DNA of 64,000 nucleotides, taken from assembly GCF_009914755.1 (NCBI RefSeq), contig NC_060940.1; one strand, given 5' to 3'. The notes under the pieces were generated by a model. It was not told the origin of the DNA, did no database searches, and worked only from the letters and a program-made list of their open reading frames with translations. The stretch comes from the human T2T-CHM13v2.0 reference genome, Homo sapiens. The position numbers and the translations under genes were made by a program. The first letter of the stretch is position 1. Each line of letters opens with the position of its first letter. Of this stretch, positions 44,010-59,096 are shown one piece after another.

Positions 44010-45290
44010 GAATAGATGGATGCACAGCTGGATGGTTGAGTAATGAGGATGTGTGACACATGGAAGGAGGATGGATGGAAGTCTGATACAAGGAAGGATG
44101 ACAAGCAATCAATAGAAGATGGATAGATGGATGGATGAATGGATGGATAATTGATGGATGATGGATAGATGAAGGAATGGATGGATGATAGATAGGTGTA
44201 AGGATAATGGATGGATAGATGATGAATAGATGAAGAAATGGATAAAGAATAAATGGATAATGCAGAAATGGATAATGGATGGATGGATGGTTGATGGATA
44301 ATGGGGAGATGGAGGGATGAATGGATGTGTGGATGACGGATAATGGATGGATGGATGGTTGATGGATAATGGGCAGATGGAGGGATGAATGGATGAGTGG
44401 ATGATGGATAATGGATAGATGGAGGGATGATGGCTGATGAATGATGGATAAAGGATGGATGGATGATGGATAGATGGATGAATGGATAGATAGTGGATGG
44501 AAAGATGATGGATGATGGATGGAAGGATAAATAATGGATAAATGAAGAAATGCATAATGGTTGAATGGATAAGGGATGAATGGATGATGGATAGATGGAG
44601 GAATGGATAATGGATAAATAGCTAACGAATGGGTGGATGGATGATGAATGGATGGATGAAAGCATAGACAATGAATGGATAGATGATGGATGGATGGATG
44701 GATGGATGGATGGATGGATGATGGATGGATGGATGATGGATAGATAGCTGATGAATAGGTGGGTGGATGATGAATGGATGGATGAATGGATAGATAATGG
44801 ATGGACAGATGATGGATGGATGGATGGGTGGATGGATGGATGAAGGATGGATGGATGGATGATGAAGGATGGATGGTTGATGGACTATAGATGGATAATA
44901 GATGATGAGTGGGTGGATAATGGATTAATGATGATGGAGGGATGAATGAAAAATGGATGAATGGACAATGGACAATAGCTGGATGAGTGATAGATGCTGG
45001 ATGGATGGATGGATGGATAGATGATGGATAGCTGATGAATGAGTGGATGGATGGCAAATGGATGGATGAATGGATAGATGATGGATGGATGGAAGGATGG
45101 ATGAATGAATGAATGATGGATGGATGAGTGGAAAGATGAATTATGAATGATGGATGGATGATGAATGATGGATGGATAATAAATGATGAATGGGTGGATA
45201 ATAGATGGACGAATGATGAATGGATGGATGGATAATGGATAATGGCTGGATGAGTGATGGATGATGGATGGAAGGATGGAAGGATAAAGG
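44010..45290. repeat. ~1.3 kb degenerate (TGGA/GATG)n simple repeat in the GSG1L 3'UTR
   Basis: Continuous ggat/gaat/gatg units; source of the H/P/S/I-rich pseudo-ORFs. Confidence 0.95.
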
Positions 45291-45911
45291 AGAAGAATAT
45301 ATTCTACGTGGGGAAAAGCTCTAGAAATTCTTCTGGGAAGGAATAAGGCCTCTTGGGAAATGACTGAACTTGGAGTCAGGAGTCCTGATTCAAACCCCAT
45401 CTCTGCCATTTGCTAGCTCTGTAATCACAGGCAAGTTACTTCATTCATCTCTGTGACCCTAATTTTCCTCCTCTTTATAATAAGAATCTGTTTCTCCAGG
45501 CATCTAAGCCCTGGGATTTTCTGTAAAGGTGGTGCTAGGCACAGGGTAAAGCCTCCTCAGGGTCAGGGTGGTGTGATGTTGCTGAGCTCTGAAGAGAAAT
45601 GTGGCTTCTTCACCCTCCCTGCTTAGGGCTTGGGTTTGGGGGCCCACTTCTTGCTCGCCCCACATCTCTTGCTTGCCTGGCCCCTGCCTTGCCCACTCTC
45701 TGGAATACAAGGCAGCCCTGCCAGCCTGTGTCCAGCCTGGGCTCTGTGCTCCCTCCCTGCCACCCTGCAGTGTCTGGCCCTGGCCTCTGCACAGTCTCTG
45801 CTGTCACCTTCAGCCTCCTTGAGGAGTAATGGGGTGGGGCAATGACAGGGCAGCCACAGCCCACAGAGCAACTGGCCTCCATACACCGCAAGAAAACAAG
45901 TTCAACAAGCA

Positions 45912-45917
45912 TTTATT
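45912..45917 (-). terminator. Candidate proximal GSG1L poly(A) signal in an L2 3' end
   Basis: ttcaacaagcaTTTATTgagc is a typical L2 terminus and reads AATAAA on the - strand. Confidence 0.4.
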
Positions 45918-46371
45918 GAGCCCCTGCTGTGTGCCTGCTGTGTGACACCCCTGCAGTGCCTGCGCCACTGCCCCCTCCTTCAGGAAGCCACTCTCTGCCC
46001 CCCAAAGGGCTCTGCCCCTCTGGGCACCTGACTGGCTTGTGGGTGCCAGCCATTCAGTGGCCAGTGGCCATGTGTCTCCTGGCATCGCAGCTGTGCCCAG
46101 CAGGGCTCATGTGATGATGGCAAGAGTCCGGGGCTGCTGTCCCAAAGTCACTCTGTGCAGCCCTGTGCATTCCCTTGGGCCTGCCCTGGCCCCATTTCCA
46201 AGGCCATGGGACCCAGGCAGCGATGGGCAGGACAGGCCTGGCATCTCCCACGCAGGCTGACTGAGTTCACGGCACACAGGCCAGGGTTCTGGGGGCACCA
46301 CTCTGGTGGTCTTGCAGCAGGGGCTGGTGCCAGCGATGGCCTGAGGTCCGCGGGCCAGGTTGAGGTCTTGG

Positions 46372-46488
<117 letters not shown>

Positions 46489-49009
46489 TCAGTGCTGAAA
46501 GCCACCTTCCTCCACCCACATCCTGTCTACCCACCGCCCCCCACCCACACATCCATCACTCACCCTCATTTACTAGGCCTTCTGCCCATCATGCCTTTTG
46601 TCTACCGATCCATGCCCAACACCACCAGCTCTCCACCCATCCCTCCCCTGTCAGCCACCCAGTCACCCACCAGTTCACCAACACACCTGTGACCTAGTCA
46701 TGTATCTGCCAATATTTGCTGCCATCCACTTATCAAGCCACCAATGTATCCACGACTCTGCTCACACCCTCTCCAACCCACAGCCCAGAACCCGCTCATG
46801 CACCTCACACCTGCCAACAGGTGCACCACTCCCCCAGCCATCCTCCTACCACCCAGTAACCCAACCATCCTCCTACCACCCAATAACACACCTTTACATG
46901 TACACATCCACCTACACCCAAAACATCCCCTTATCCACCCCATGCCCACCTGACAGCCACGACAGCACCCCCTGCAGTCACGTTCACTCACCTCACATAA
47001 AGCCATGCCCCCACTCCTGCCATCTGCCCACCCATTTTCCCTCCATCCTTCCCTTCCACCACCCACCCCTCAGCAAATCCACCTACTTGTGCAGCCATCA
47101 TCCACCACCATCCTGTCATCCTGCAGCTGTCTCCCCACCTTGCCATCTGCCCCCAAGCAGGCCTCCTTGAGCACCCCATTTGCCTTATATGTGTTCAGGA
47201 GCTGTTGTGTACGGATATTAGAAGGGGAACAAGAGCAGATGTCTCCTAGGTCCCCAAGTCCTTGCTGGACCCCAGAAACTGTGTGTGTGGACATGGGTGT
47301 GCCCTAAGCTGACTCTGAGAAACTCTCTGGGCACCGAGGCAGGGGGCACCTGCCACTGTCTACCACACTTAGTGGACTGGACAAGGGGAAGGGCTGGAAA
47401 GGCTCTTCCCCTCTGCCACTCTCACTCCTTCCTGTTTTTGGCAATTTTTGGAAGATCACTCCCTTGTCACCCCTCAAGTGTCTCTTCAAAGTCTTTCTAG
47501 CGCACCAGAATCATTCCCATCTCATGCTGTGGCCTAAAATGTCCTTGTACCTCCCGCCGAATCAAATCAAGACCCAGCTGGAGTTTCAGCTCTCCAGGAA
47601 GCCCCCTCTGACATCCTCCCCCTGGCACTCAGGGATCTCCCTCATCCCAGAGCACCCACCCTCAGCGCACACTCTGCCAGCATCACCCCCGTTAGACCCC
47701 AAGCCCAGGGGAGCAATGACTGAGCCCAGAATGTATGCACCCCTGTGGACCAGTGGAGGTGGAGCTGGAAGGTGCAAAACTAAGGGAGAGGGTTGGTGTG
47801 GTGGAGTGGGGCTGGGAGTGAAGGGGGGAAGGAAGAAAACAAACAGTTCCTGAGCATGTGCAGCTCCAGAGGTAGTTCTGCCCATTTTACAGATGAGGGA
47901 GCCGAGGCTCTGTAAGGATTAGTAGATGCTTTAGAAGTCACAGCTATGATAGAGCTGGATTGAATTACTTTCCTCCTGATTCCAAATTTCAGCATTTAAA
48001 AAAATGTGATCCGTATAATTTCATTTTCCTACTCTGATTCTCAGACATACTTGTCATACTTTAGGGTCAGACAGGCTCTTGGCAGAAAGCCCATTGAGGT
48101 GGGAATTCCTAGTGAAGCCAAGCTCCTACTTGCATGCCTCTAAGGATGGAGATCTCCTTGTTCCTTCTCCATCCTCAAAGCAGCTCTCATTATCAGGAGA
48201 GTCTTTCTAATAACAAGGCTGCAAGACAAGAGTCAAAGAGGAAGATGGTTGTGTCCATAGCTGGGGTGGGGGGTAATTTTTTTGGCTTTCACTTTTTTCT
48301 TTCTGCTTTTAATATTCCTTAATGTTAGTGTTTTGCAAGTTTTACTATATTTATTAAGGGGTGGGAAACATTTTGCAAACATTTTGGAATCATTTGGCTT
48401 CAGAAAAACACATTTGTTTTGGCCTCAGTCATGGAAACCATTGCATACTTTGGAAGTGTTGGCTGCCAAGATAGAGGTGTTTGGGTTTTGTTTTGTTTTT
48501 TTTAATCTAGAAGCAAATATTTGGTGCATGGAAAGGTATGATTGTTTTTCTAAATAAGCATTTAGGCATAATTTTAGCTGCTTGTACAGTGGCTGAAAAG
48601 CAGAGCCATGGAGAGATCATCAGAACAGAAAGAAAGTGATAGTGTATTTTTTAAGGAAAAGGAAAGGCCACAATCCCTGTCCTTCCCTGAGTTAAAATCA
48701 GGCTGTCTGTCCCCTGGATGCAGAGGGCAAGATGCTGAGGACTGGGGCCCTCCTCCCTTTCTCTGGCTACCCAGGAGGCACTTGGGGCTCAGAGCCATTT
48801 AAGGTGTGTGTATACAGAGGAGAACACTCCAGCAGCCCACCAGGGACCCCCACCCACTTCTCTTCTCTCCCAGGCCTTGTGCTGTAGATTGGGAATCTCA
48901 ACTCAAAATGTCTTGTGGGCCCAAGCAGGCAATGTAAATGGATGAGGTGAGTCAGAGACAGTGCCAATTGTTACCAAGGAGAATGTGGGCTCAGATCTTC
49001 CTAAACTGT

Positions 49010-49637
<628 letters not shown>

Positions 49638-52218
49638 CAAAACTTTCAAAGAAACTGAAAATCTGGATCTCGAAACAAAACCTCCTGGCTTTTAAATGAT
49701 GACAATTACGGTTTCAAATGTATTTTCAACAATCTGTGGGCCAAAGAGCATTTCTCAGGCTGCACTCAGCCCACGAGAGGCAGATCCCAGCCTGTGTCTT
49801 CGTTCCATGATTCTGTTCCATGGCTTTGCATAGGCTGATCCCCTAGGTGGGAGCGCCCTTCCCTGCTCTTCTCCAGCTGTTGACTCCCTGATTTTTTCAA
49901 ATGCTGCCTGCTCTGGGAAGCATTCCATAGCCCTGTAGAATGCTTCCTAGAGCTGGCAGCATTTGGAAAATGGAGGCTTTGCTCCTTTCCCTGTGCCCTT
50001 CAGCAGCCTGCATAACTCTCTCCCCGAACTCATCACTTTGTGTTGTAATAGCCAGGTCAGCATGGGTCTCCCCAATGAAACTGGGGATGGGAGACAGCTT
50101 TATGAGCAGGGCCAGGGTCTGCTTCATCTTGGAGCCCTGATTCCCCAGCCCCTGGCCCAGCACAGAGCAAGTCCCAAACTGACTCTTTTTTTTTTCTTTT
50201 TAAACAAATGAAGAAACCATGGAGGAAGGGGAGAGAGTGATTCCTGCGCTTGGGATGCACCTGCTCTACCTGCTCTGAGCTTCTGTACAGTATGAAAAGG
50301 GTTTTTGCTCAAACTCTCCTCTTTTGGGTGAAGGCTCAGGTGATGGCAGGGGGCTGGGGAGACCGTACTTCGGTCTAACAGCCAAAGGTTCAAACCCAGC
50401 CTCCACTGCTTGCAAATTGTGTGAATTTTTTTTAAGCCGTGTGGCTTCTGACAAGCAACTTCACCTCTCTGAGCCTGCAAATGGATGAAAGCTACAAAGG
50501 AGTTGGCAGGCCCAGCAGGCAGCCTGCAGAGAAGCCCTTCACTGTCCAATCTCAGACACAGACAGAAGTGGAAAGAACACAGTTCTGGAAGCACTAGAAG
50601 CAGGTTGGGTTTGAAAGCCTCTCTTCACAAATGGGGAAACCAAGGCCCATGGGTGGGAAAAGATTTGTCAAGGCCCCACTCAGAGCGTGGTAGCAGGTAC
50701 TGTGGTTTCCATTTTCTGGGAACCTCCCAAGGTTAGCAGAGTATTTGACCACAGGAGGTTCCCCAAAGGTGTGATTTCTCTTCCCTTTTAAATCCAGATA
50801 TCAAAACATGAACATATTTAACATCAGATCTCCTCCAGCCCCATCTCCCGCCTCCCTCAGTGAAGAATCACTGTCTTGAACCCTCTCTAAGCCACCAAGA
50901 TCCGGGAATCAGACATAATTGCTGAATTGAATTAAATCACATCTACTGTTCCAAAATGGATTCATTGGGTTGGGAGGGCCCTTCAAGACCAGGAACGTCA
51001 ATGCCACCACAAATGTACAGATCGGGAAACTGAGGCACTTAGAGGGAAACTGACTTGCTCAAGGTCTCTCTGCAGCTGGCAGAGTGAGGGTAACAGGTGG
51101 CAGGTATTGATGCTCCTGACCCTACAGTAGCCCAGCTTGGCACAGATCAGCTGGATCCCTTTACAGGGAAGTTCCTTCTGGCCAATCACCCAGCCGCTGT
51201 CCGAGGTGCTGAAAGCCTCTCTCTATAGGACTCACAGGTCCGCCCAAAGCCAACTGTCTGTCTGCCCAACCTTGACCTCTGCCCTCCAGAAAGAAAGGAA
51301 GCTTGAAGAGTGGTGGAAAATGAATCAGGGATGGCGCTAAGAAATCGGGCTTTGGAAACCTGTCAGCTAGTGACACTCTCATCGCTCTTCTAGGTCCACA
51401 AATCTCTACCATGAGAGGGCTTCAGAGGTGTCATCACATATGGGAATATCTGTTTACTGGTTTTCTCCTCATCTTGCCTTTGAGGCATGTGTCACAGGAG
51501 GACAAAGGCCAGCTCTGCTTTCCCTCACAGTTGCATCCCTGCATCAGCATGGTCCCAGGCACAGCGTTGAAAGCACGTGTCTGCAGAATGAGTGAACGGT
51601 GGAGGGCTCAGGAGGAAGGGCAGGCTTGAGTGGGACGGACCCGTATGGAGGGAAGTTTGTGTCTTCTGGTCTACCTCAGGCGGGCTGTTTTAGGAGATTG
51701 AATGGGGGCCATCTATCTCTCCACTGGGGTCATCCTCAGGGATTCCACGTTTCTGAGCCATAACATTCTCTTTGTCTCTTTCTTGCCCTTGGGATGAGAC
51801 AAAGTCCACTGCACCTGCCACCTCTCCCCAGGGCCCCTGATTCCTCAGTCCTTTATTTAGACATGTGTTGGGCATGTATTGTGTGTCAGCCTCCACACTG
51901 GCTGCTGGGTTTACAGACGTGAGTGAGATGCGGCCCTCCCCCCGGGTGCTCACAGGCACACATATGAAGAGATGACAAGACCAGACATGCCTCCCACTCC
52001 TGCTGTGTGCCAGGAACCATTCAATGTGCTTCCTGTCCATGGACTCATTTAATCCTCAAAAATACGAGTTAGGTGCCATTATTATCCCCATTTTACAGGT
52101 GAGGAAACCGAGGTCCAGATAAATTAAGTCATTGTTTCAAGGCCTCACTGCTGAGACTTGAATCTAGCCAGCTTCACTCCAAAGGTTGGGCTCTCATCAA
52201 CAGATACTTAGATTTAAA

Positions 52219-53195
<977 letters not shown>

Positions 53196-54126
53196 TAAAA
53201 ACACAAAGATTGGGCTCATAGACATTATAAAAATTTGGCTCACAGACAAACACCAGGAGAGTGAAAGGCAGAGACGAACGTGTTCCCCTCTGCCAGGAGC
53301 TGGGGAGGGGGCTGGGGGCAGTTCCCAGACAGTTGAGCTAGATTTTGAAAGCCCTTGCAAAAGCTCCCAATTCCACTGGTAGGGTTGGTTTTCTGCCCAG
53401 TGGAGGAAGGGGGCACAGCATTTCATGCAGAAAGAACAGGGTGTGAAATAGGTCCTTGGCAGGCGGATGAGGTTCTTCAGGAAGTGTGAAAAACCTAGCA
53501 ATATTGTGGTTTCAGGGAGGCAAGTGGACGGGTATGGCCTGAAAGCAGAGCACATGGGGATGAAGGGGTAAGGCATGGAGCATCGCAGCTGCAGAAGTTG
53601 CTTGGTGGCAGGTGTAGAATGCCCAGCAGGGCCCCCTAAACCCCATGCACCCCAAGGGTTTCTGCCTTATCATGACACTTCTCAGCTACAGATTCCTTGC
53701 CTGTCCCACACTGAGGAATTGGGCTCTGGAGGGCAGTCTATTTTGACACCTGCCCCAAGTGTTTCTTAGGGTTAGGCATGGTTGTGGTACCACTGCCTTG
53801 GACAGAAGTGGGCATAAAGTAGAAGAACCATGTCATAGCTTTAGCTTGGAGTCAGACAGGCTTGTGACCCCAAGGTCACAAGCTTGTCCCCAAAGGACAA
53901 GTGACATTACCTCTCAGAACCCAAGTATTTTCCCTTGTAAAATAGAAATACTACTCACAGCACACAGCTCCTGAGGACTAAGTGAGCTAAATCATGCACC
54001 AGAAACATACTGGTGACCTACTGTGTGCTAGGCCCTGGGGATGTCACAGTGAATGCAGCAACAAGGTCCCTGTGCTGGTGACATTTCCATTTCACTGAGG
54101 AGAGGCTGGACATAAACAAGGGAGCA

Positions 54127-54575
54127 GGCCGGGTGTGGTGTCTCATGCCTGTAATCCCAGCACTTTGAAAGGCTGAAGCGGGAGGATTGCTGGAGGCCAG
54201 GAGTTCGAGACCGGCCTGGGCAAGACCCCATATCTACCAAAAAAAAAAAAAAAAATTAACTGGGCTTGGCGGCTCACGCCTGTAATCTCATCACTTTGGG
54301 AGTCCAAGGCAGGATTATTACTTGAGGCCAGGAGTTCGAGACCAGCCTGAGCAACATAGCAAGACTCCATCTCTACAAAAAAAATTGGAAACATAAAAAA
54401 AATTACCCACGTCTATGTCATGTGCCTGCAATCTCAGCTACTCAGGAGGCTGAGGTGGGAGGATCCCTTGAGCCCAGGATATCAAGGCTGCAGTGAACTA
54501 TAATCACATCACTGCACTCCAGCCTGGGTGACAGAGCACAACCTTATCTCAAAAAACAAAACAAAACAAAACAAA
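54127..54575 (+). mobile_element. AluJ-like with two left arms plus a right arm
   Basis: Two GCCTGTAATC-starting left monomers, then a right arm and an (AAAAC)n tail. Confidence 0.82.
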
Positions 54576-54939
54576 AACAGAAAAACAAGTGAGCAAAGAA
54601 GGGCTCAGAGAGGAACAAGTGATGGAAAGAAAAATGATGATGCAGGAGGGGAAGGCGAGAGAAGGCCTCATGGGAACTTGTGAAGGGGGCGGGCACCGAG
54701 CCAGATTCCTACTAGAGCTGCTGTTATAGGAGGTTTTAGAGCTAGGAAGGACTGGGGAAGACATGATCAAGTTTATGTCTTCGGAGGATGGATTGGAAAG
54801 GAATTGGCCCTAGAAGCAGCAATTTCCATCTAGAAGTTGCTGAATAGCCCAAGCAAGCGACAAAATGCAGACTGGCTTCTGGCAGTAGCTTCAAAGGGAC
54901 AGGTATTGGCCGAGGGTTGAGGACAACTGCAAATTTGGT

Positions 54940-55115
54940 CTGTAGATCAGCAGCATCAGCATCGTGGAGAACTTAGAGCTGCGGAACCCTGGGTCCCCCG
55001 CCAGACCTCCTGAATCAGAAATTCTGAGGGTGGGGCCCTGCAGTCCATCCTTTAACGAGCCCTCCATGTGTCTCTGATGCTCCTGTTGGCTTGGATCTCT
55101 CGACCCCCAGTGCTG
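54940..55115. mobile_element. MER5A-like hAT DNA transposon fossil
   Basis: cagcagcatcagcatc...ccagacctcctgaatcagaaattctgagggtggggccc...tttaac.agccctcca.gtg.tctgatgc. Confidence 0.7.
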
Positions 55116-55779
55116 AGGTCTCAGATGTCTGCAAGCTGTGTGCCATCTGCGCTCCCAGCAAATTGGCATTGATATTTATTTTAGAAATACTGTCTGTTTC
55201 CATTTTAATAAAGGAAGCAACTCGAGCAGGACTCTATTGGATTTGATTTTGATCTAATAAAAATGCCAAGTTGCTCTGGGTCCAGAAAAATTCTTTCTTG
55301 AAATTCCCTCTGCTATTTTGAGGGCAGCAGCAGTGGCAGAGACCCATCTAGATGGAGCTCCCAGAAGCCACCTCCGCGCCCAGCATGCGACAGCCTCTCG
55401 TGGAGCCCAGCCTTACAGATACACCTGGCAAAATCAAAACCTTGTCTCAGGCATTGAACTTGACAGCTGCAATCAACTGCAAACCTCAGTCGCCCCTGAA
55501 AGGAAGATGCAGACACCTGGGCCATATGGCAACATCGCCTCCATCAAATGTCACGTCTGATGTGCTCCTGAGCTGGCTGGTGGCGCCACAAAGCCCCAAA
55601 GGCAGGTTTCAAAAGCAACTTCCTCAGGAAAAAAAAAATTATAGCCAAATCCATATCACAGTAGCCCCCCAGAATAACATCTTTGGGGACAGTTAGGATA
55701 ACCAGAAGTTTATGTAATTGCTAATATAAAAGTGGCTTCTCAGATGGGAGGTGGTGGGAGAAACGTGGAGGTTGACAGC

Positions 55780-56220
55780 CAACAATTAAGCACCTATTAT
55801 GTGCCACACACTAGTTTAGACTCTTGGGATATACACAGGAACAAAACACTCAAGGCGCCTGTTCTCATGGCACTTGGTGGAGAGAGGCAGCAAAACGAAA
55901 ACCAAGCATGTGAACATAAAAGATCATTTCGGAGAGGGACAAATGCTAGGAAGAAAAGAGAACCCGGTGATATGGGGATGACTGGGGAAGCTGGTGCAGA
56001 TCAGGGAAGGCTTCTCGGAGGAAGCGGCCTTTCAGCTGACTTAAAGATGAGACGAAGTCAGCCACACCATGATTTAGAGGGAGAGCATCCAGGCAGAGAG
56101 AACAGCAAGTGCAAGGGTCCTACCAAGGGAATGAGTTTTGCGTGTTCAAGAAAGAGGAAGGTCAGGTTGGCTGGGGCAGCATGGGAGATGGGGAAGAGGC
56201 CTACGGGGTTGGGAGCCTGA
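55780..56220 (-). mobile_element. L2 fragment
   Basis: aagcacctattatgtgcca...ccaggcagagagaacagcaagtgcaagggtcct. Confidence 0.65.
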
Positions 56221-57719
56221 GAAGGAGTGGCCTCTCTCCCAGGGTAAGGAGCAAGATCTAATTGCCAAGCTGAGTTTTATTGCCGAGTGAACCAGAGATC
56301 CCAGCAAAGCTGATTTGCCTTACAGCACTGTATTTCTAGAAGAAGAATCCCCGCTTCTCAGGGCTGGATCAGCCATCAAATGAGATGGCAGAGAAGTGCT
56401 TAGCACAGACCTGCACACAGTAAGTGTTTAATAATGCCGGCTCCCTGACATCCCGCCTCCCCCGTTCCTCCTGCCGGCAAGTCAGCCCATCGCAGGATCT
56501 GAGCAGCTGCTCCCCGCAGAAATATTGCAAAACTCGTCCAGGCATTTCCAAAATATTTTCTTGGCTGAAAACCCACTAGCAGCTAAGAGGCCGAATTCTG
56601 AGACGGCATCATTTCCATACTCATTTGATCGGCTGCTTCTCTAGACCATGAGCTCCAAGAGGACCGAGGCCATGTCTGGAGGCACCCCACATCCTCAGTA
56701 CCCTGCCCAACCAATGGAGCTGCTGACTGACATCACCTAGCGGTCCAGGGTGTGGGTGATGAGGTCAGACCGGCCGGGTTCAAATCCCAGCTTTGCTACT
56801 TTCTAGCTGTGTATTGAGTAAGCCATGGTCTTAACCTCCTGGGCCTCCATTTCCTCGTCTGTAAAATGGGTCCGTATTTAGGGTTAAATGAGTGAATAAG
56901 TGCAAAGTCCTGAGAACATGCACAAAGGTGAGATATTGTGATTAGATCTAGGGGACTGAGTTCTTCTTGCTGGCTGTTTCCGTAATCAAATGCAGGTATC
57001 ATCATGATAGCCCTGGAGGTCCTGCCAAGGGGTATCACCCTGGCTAAGTCCCCCCTTCCTGCTTTCCCTTTCCTGCACCCCATGTCATCCTGAGTGGGAT
57101 GAGGCACCATGCCCTGCTATCCCGCACCCTGCATTGACCCCTTTCAAGCTCTGGCCACACAGTGCACGAATGGCTTGGGTCTGTCTCCCCAACAAGACTT
57201 GGAAGTCAACAGGGTCCAGCAACGTGCCTTATTCGTCTCCATGCTCCCAGGAGCCAGAGAGGTCTCCTTAGTAATGATTTGTGGAATAAATAAAGCAGCC
57301 TGCTTCAGGATCCCTGAAGTCACGGGATCTCTCACGCATGCCAGCATCCAGCCCACATTCCCCTGACCCCTCCCTCAGCTCTGACCACAGAGGGGGTCTC
57401 TTCCTTATTCGCTGTTTGACGTGGGAGTTCCCAGCAACTCCGCTATCCCCAGGGAATGACGGCCATCCCTGCTAATGCTCAGCTACCTGATAAAAGGTAC
57501 ACCTGGCGCAGGGGTTGTGGGGTCTCAGGCTCTTTTCTTCCCTGAGAAGCCAGGATTTGGAAAGTCTCTGGGGGCGACTGACAGTTTTCCACAGCTCTTT
57601 CCCCACCGGCCTCTGGCTCCCCTGAACCCCCAGGAGGTTAGGCCCCTTTTGTGTCACTGTGTCTCCCTACCCTACACATTCTCCTCAGATGATCTTTGCA
57701 GTCTCTGGGCTTCAACCAT

Positions 57720-57960
57720 CCCATACTGTACTGCAGCCTCAAACTCCTGGGCTCAATCAATCCTCCCCTCCCACTTCAGCCTCCAGAGTAGCTGAGAATA
57801 CAGGCTTGCACCACCATGCCCAGCTAATTTTAACTTTTTTTTTCAAGATGGGGTCTTGCTATGTTGCCCAGGCTGGTCTCGAACTCCTGGCATCAAATGA
57901 TCCTCCTGCCTTGGCCTTTCAAAGAGCTGGGATTAAGGCATGCACCACTGCACCTGCCTG
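57720..57960 (-). mobile_element. Partial AluJ
   Basis: Antisense Alu lacking the tail end. Confidence 0.85.
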
Positions 57961-58772
57961 TCTCTCTGCCACCCTTTTAAGCTCCCCTCCGTTGATCTGG
58001 CTGCCTCCTGGAGGCCCTCACGAGCCCCTCAAACTCCACACAGACAAAGCAACATTGCCCTTCACAAACTGACCCCTCCCCATATCCTTCCATCAGTCAG
58101 GGACCCCATGCCCCTGACTGCTTGGGCAAAAATTCTGTGCATATCCTAGGTCCCTCCTCTCCCCCGGTCCTCACTCAAATCAGTCACTTATCTGATGCTG
58201 TCCCCCCAGCTCCACGGTGGTGCACACTGCTAACCCCCAACTGTGCAAGGGGGCTTTCTCCATTGCGCCCCAAGCCCCTCTGCCCATGCCCCGAGCCATT
58301 ACCTCCAGAGAACTCATGCACCCGACCCTCTCTGCGGCAGCCCTTGAACAATGGCCCAGGAGAGTTGCCTTCCTATCTGGGGGGATGGCTCAGATACATA
58401 TGCTCTGCACTGGTGCCCCCAGCCCCCAGCAGGCTCGACGCTGTGCCTTTGACTGGTCGCCTTTGTCTCCCTTCTTAGTCTCTCTTCCTCACTCCTAGTT
58501 GGGTGTTCAATCATCAAAATAAAGCACTTGCTGTTATATCCTCATCTCAAGGGACTTCCAGGGAAACACAAACCAAGACACTCTGGGAATTCTACCAGCA
58601 GAGGGTCCTTGAGCTACCCACTTTTATCTCCAACCCCACAGTTCAGGCCGCCACCATCATGTCTCCCAAGAACGACTGCAACAGCAAAACATTTTGTGCA
58701 TATTGTAGATTACAAGATGGTCTCCTGGTCTCGAGTTTGGCTCTTCTCTGATCCTTTTCCCACAGTGCAGAC

Positions 58773-59050
58773 ATATATATATATATATATATATCTATAT
58801 ATAGATATAGATATAGATATAGATATAGATATAGATATATAGATAGATAGATGGTAGATAGGATAGATAGGATCTGTAGATAGATGATAGATAAATAGGT
58901 AGATAGATGACACGATTGATAGATGATGGATGGATAGATTAGATAGATGGTAAGATTTATAGATGATAGATGATTGATGGATAGATGATTGACAGACGAA
59001 TAATAGATGGATGATGGATGAATAGATAGATTAGATGGATAGATAGATAC

Positions 59051-59096
<46 letters not shown>

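Larger units (their letters stand above)
42520..46371 (-). other. GSG1L: GSG1L long 3'UTR (end approximate)
   Basis: Runs from the stop codon to a minus-strand AATAAA (TTTATT at 42537-42). Confidence 0.7.

Noticed and set aside
44000-45409. His/Pro/Ser/Ile-rich ORFs up to 350 aa
   Set aside because: Artefacts of the (CCAT)n repeat in the GSG1L 3'UTR.
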